Shown here: in pieces, positions 59,747-62,639 of the stretch
Numbering within the stretch: position 1 is the stretch's first letter
Layout: each line of letters opens with the position of its first letter
Source: a virus
Taxonomy: Duplodnaviria; Caudoviricetes
Length of the DNA stretch: 62,639 nt
Reading direction: 5' to 3' (one strand)
IMG/VR virus record: IMGVR_UViG_3300006638_000002
Coordinates: 1-62,639 of that record
Notes under the pieces: model-generated
Told to the model about the DNA's origin: nothing
Seen by the model: only the letters and a program-made list of their open reading frames with translations
Databases searched by the model: none
Translations under genes and position numbers: made by a program

Positions 59747-60100
59747 ATGGCATTCAACGTCCGTCTACATTTTTACCGCGGCAACACGCAAATGCGCGAT
59801 GTGCTGCCGAAGCAGTATTCAGCCGATTCAATCCGGATGCTTGAGGAGCCATACGAGGCCTCGCAAACCCTTGTCAGCAATGCCGGCACGCCGGTCACGA
59901 GTTCACCAGATACCACCCATGATCGCGTGACCATGCTTAGGGTTGAAGTCCCTGACGGCCAAAGCATCCGCTACGAGGTGCTTACGCCTGGATCGGCACG
60001 GGTGGTTGGCACCAACTCGCCGCGCATGTCGGGAATAGATTACTACCCGTTTTCGCCCGGCTGGACCTTCGCATTCATCGATCAGGCCTCGGCACCGTGA
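59747..60100 (+). CDS. Hypothetical protein
   Basis: Open frame in packaging operon. Confidence 0.65.
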   Translation: MAFNVRLHFYRGNTQMRDVLPKQYSADSIRMLEEPYEASQTLVSNAGTPVTSSPDTTHDRVTMLRVEVPDGQSIRYEVLTPGSARVVGTNSPRMSGIDYYPFSPGWTFAFIDQASAP

Positions 60101-60369
60101 GTTCTAGGATTGTCTTTGCAATCGAGGATCTGGTCCGCGAGATTCACGTGATATCCGGAACCGCTGGCGGTCCCATCACGCTTATTCTGGCACCGACCGA
60201 TTTCGACAATATCGCGGCCGAAGTGGCAAACCACTACGGCATCCTTCCGGGCAATGGGGAACGGTTTACACTGGCTGGTCTGACGATCATGCGGAGGCAA
60301 AATGTTGGAGAACGGGCAGACGGCCGACTTGGAGAAAGTACGCACGACCAAGGCGTACCGGCAGCGTAA
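60097..60369 (+). CDS. Hypothetical protein
   Basis: GTGA coupling; overlaps TerL start. Confidence 0.5.
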   Translation: MSSRIVFAIEDLVREIHVISGTAGGPITLILAPTDFDNIAAEVANHYGILPGNGERFTLAGLTIMRRQNVGERADGRLGESTHDQGVPAA

Positions 60370-61861
60370 GGCCCAATTAGCCAACCGGGAATGGCGGCTC
60401 GATAATCTCTATTTCATCCGGAGCGAACAGGGCGAGCGCATTCCGTTCATTCGCAATCCAGCGCAGCAGGCGTTCTTTAGTTCTATGTGGCTACGGAATA
60501 TAATCCCTAAGGCTCGCAAATTGGGAATGTCTACATTCATAGAATTGCTGATGCTGGATAACTGCATTTTCTCGAGCGGGAAGGTCTGCGGTATTGTCGA
60601 TCGGTCGCTGGATGATGCGGTCGATAAGCTTGGGATGATCGCCTTTGCCTACGACAACATGCCGGATGAAATCCGCAAAGCTGTGCCTCTAACGCGGCGG
60701 GCCGACAAATATCTGGAATGGGCGAACGGATCGAATGTGAGCGTTGGCACCTCCTACCGCGGCGGCACGCCGGCATTTCTACATGTGAGCGAATACGGCA
60801 AGATCAGCGTGGACTCGCCGGATTCAGCTACTGAAATCAAGACCGGCGCTATTACCGCCGTTCCCATGACCGGGCAGGTATTTGTCGAAAGCACTTGGCA
60901 TGGGACTGGTGGTGAGTTTTCTAAAATGACCATGGCTGCCAAGGCGCAACTGGATCGCCATGCGCAGCTTACGCCGCTAGATTTCAAGTTTCATTTTTAC
61001 GGCTGGTGGATGAAGCCTGAGTATCGGCTGGCGAATAACCTTGTGATCGTCACGCAGGAATTGCGTGAGTATTTCAAGGATTTGGAGGCCAAGTTCGGCG
61101 TTAAACTCGATGCCGACCAGATGGCTTGGTATCAGAACCGATACAGCGATCTCGGGCTCGACAAGACTCACGAGGAATTCCCGTCCTCGCCTGAAGAGCT
61201 ATTCCTGACGTCGAATGAGGGCGCATTCTTCAAGCGGGAGATGTCGAAGGCTCGGCAGGAAGGCCGTATAGGCGGTCTGGTGCCGTTTGACCCCACGAGG
61301 CGGGTGAATACGTTCTGGGATATTGGCGAGGACACCACCGCGATCTGGTGGCATCAGTCGGACGGTCTACGGCATCGAGTAATCGACTATTACGAGGAAG
61401 AGGGCTGGTCGCTGCAGGGAGCTTGCGCGATGATTGACGATAAGCGGCGAACGCGGAAATTCGTCTATGACAAGCACTACGGGCCACACGATATGGGCAA
61501 TAAGGACTGGGGCAATTCGGCGCAAACTCGCAAGCAAACGGCCAAGGGACTAGGCGTGGAAATCACCGTAGTGCCGCGGATTGAGAACAAGGACGACGCT
61601 ATCGAGGCTGCGCGGCGCATGATCAACAATCTGTGGTTTGACCAGGAGCATTGCTCGCTCGGTGTCGAGCGCCTTGAGAACTACCGAAAGAAGTGGAACA
61701 AGACGCTAGGCGTCTATACTGCGGAGCCAGAGCATGACGTTTCCTCGCACGGTGCCGACGCTTTGATGTGTGGTGCCTGCGGTTTGGTTCCAGACAAACC
61801 GAAGTCCGAATCACGTTCCAGGTTCGAAGAGCATCGGAGAACTTCGCAATGGGCATCCTGA
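60302..61861 (+). CDS. terL: Terminase large subunit
   Basis: KARKLGMST (Walker A), LHVSE (Walker B), VEST, FWDIG..D and SHGADA nuclease motifs. Confidence 0.93.
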   Translation: MLENGQTADLEKVRTTKAYRQRKAQLANREWRLDNLYFIRSEQGERIPFIRNPAQQAFFSSMWLRNIIPKARKLGMSTFIELLMLDNCIFSSGKVCGIVDRSLDDAVDKLGMIAFAYDNMPDEIRKAVPLTRRADKYLEWANGSNVSVGTSYRGGTPAFLHVSEYGKISVDSPDSATEIKTGAITAVPMTGQVFVESTWHGTGGEFSKMTMAAKAQLDRHAQLTPLDFKFHFYGWWMKPEYRLANNLVIVTQELREYFKDLEAKFGVKLDADQMAWYQNRYSDLGLDKTHEEFPSSPEELFLTSNEGAFFKREMSKARQEGRIGGLVPFDPTRRVNTFWDIGEDTTAIWWHQSDGLRHRVIDYYEEEGWSLQGACAMIDDKRRTRKFVYDKHYGPHDMGNKDWGNSAQTRKQTAKGLGVEITVVPRIENKDDAIEAARRMINNLWFDQEHCSLGVERLENYRKKWNKTLGVYTAEPEHDVSSHGADALMCGACGLVPDKPKSESRSRFEEHRRTSQWAS

Positions 61862-61900
61862 GCGTCCCATGATATACGGTGGCATGACCGAGGCAGACCA

Positions 61901-62149
61901 ATGGGCGTGAAAGCTTTGCGCGATGCATTCGATGCAGCGGCTGACGGTCGCCTCACATGTCAAACGGCATTCCTCGATTACGTCCGCCAAGATGGCACCG
62001 AATGGCAAAAGCTTACATTTTCTGGTATCGATTCCGCTGGGGCGGTATTTTCGGCTGAGTCTGCGTTGCTGCCGCCAAAAACTGACCTGACAGAGGCCGC
62101 CGGCGATGTAGCCCGCGAACTCATCAAACCGAAGGCTGCGACCCAATGA
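61901..62149 (+). CDS. Hypothetical protein
   Basis: GAGG SD. Confidence 0.55.
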   Translation: MGVKALRDAFDAAADGRLTCQTAFLDYVRQDGTEWQKLTFSGIDSAGAVFSAESALLPPKTDLTEAAGDVARELIKPKAATQ

Positions 62150-62639
62150 GATATCTAGGACAAGCGATCGGTGCCGTTGCTCTATTGCTGGCCGTCGCTC
62201 TTGGATCTGCACCAACACACGCCGCAATAGTCGTCGCCAGTTGTCCGAATACTTTCGGCTCGCCGCTGCCTACTGGGAAAACCGGACAGGATATTCTCGT
62301 CGATATAAATGGAAATCTCTGCGCGGCGATCACGGCTAGCATTTCTGGCTTTACCGCTGCCTCAACCGGCACACCGATAACGGCCACAACTGGCGGTGCG
62401 GCGGGAACGTTGCCAACTGGAACGGTCGTCGTCGCAACCAACGTCGGTGCGACCAACGGCGCCTATTGCGCGCTTGGGGCTTCGGCAAATACATCATCTC
62501 AATATATCGCACCAAATGGCGGCTGGTTTGCCTTCACGGTCGGCGCGGCGACGCAGCTGACGTGCGCGACCTCGACCAGCACGACAACGGTCAACATGAC
62601 TGGCGGGGCGGGGCTCCCTACGGGCACTGGCGGTGGCGG
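62146..62639 (+). CDS. N-terminal part of exported Thr/Gly-rich protein with Sec signal (3'-partial; not in ORF track)
   Basis: ATGA coupling; MRYLGQAIGAVALLLAVALGSAPTHA|AIV; open to window end; 4 Cys. Confidence 0.8.
   Translation, partial: MRYLGQAIGAVALLLAVALGSAPTHAAIVVASCPNTFGSPLPTGKTGQDILVDINGNLCAAITASISGFTAASTGTPITATTGGAAGTLPTGTVVVATNVGATNGAYCALGASANTSSQYIAPNGGWFAFTVGAATQLTCATSTSTTTVNMTGGAGLPTGTGGG

Larger units (their letters stand above)
1..62639. mobile_element. Near-complete tailed phage genome (podovirus-like, alphaproteobacterial host)
   Basis: TerS, TerL, portal, scaffold, capsid, tail, lysis, recombination and helicase modules all present; no host housekeeping genes; both ends fall in the same kind of Thr/Gly-rich ORF. 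Confidence 0.93.

Noticed and set aside
62600-62639. Direct circular join of window end to base 1
   Set aside because: The 62146 ORF ends with 2 spare bases and base 1 starts a codon, so direct joining shifts frame; no terminal overlap seen. A gap is more likely.
1-62639. Alternative genetic code / TAG read-through
   Set aside because: Core genes are intact in code 11; array TAGs are followed by new starts in varying frames; no suppressor tRNA seen.

Overview
The window is a nearly complete ~62.6 kb podovirus-type phage genome, most likely from a Rhizobiales/Bradyrhizobium-like alphaproteobacterial host (it carries GcrA and GapR-like genes). It is broken inside a single gene: 62146-end and 1-996 appear to be two parts of one ORF, but they do not join in frame. 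Gene order: TerL > exported fibre-like proteins > P22-like portal > scaffold > N4-gp56-type major capsid > glycosyltransferase > adaptor/nozzle > tailspike > ejection proteins > SLT > second fibre cluster > lysis/membrane genes > accessory region > recombination genes (ERF, YqaJ, NinB-like) > Cro-like, GapR-like, RusA, MT-A70, SF2 helicase, GcrA, ParB-methylase > TerS. I see no tyrosine/large-serine integrase, CI repressor, polymerase, primase, tRNA or CRISPR. Two things stand out. (1) A small serine recombinase and a 41-bp inverted repeat/promoter sit at the centre of two divergent arrays (36.0-44.2 kb) of about 35 tiny units, both micro-ORFs and structured non-coding RNAs. The units are separated by a recurring ...CRAAATAG / TGAATRTAG junction motif, which looks like an integron-like cassette system run by a resolvase-family enzyme. 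(2) Nine tail-fibre/tailspike-like or neighbouring proteins carry N-terminal export signals (eight Sec-type, one Tat), and the larger Sec-type ones have paired cysteines, suggesting receptor-binding proteins that mature outside the cytoplasm. Family assignments come from motif recognition by eye, not database searches.
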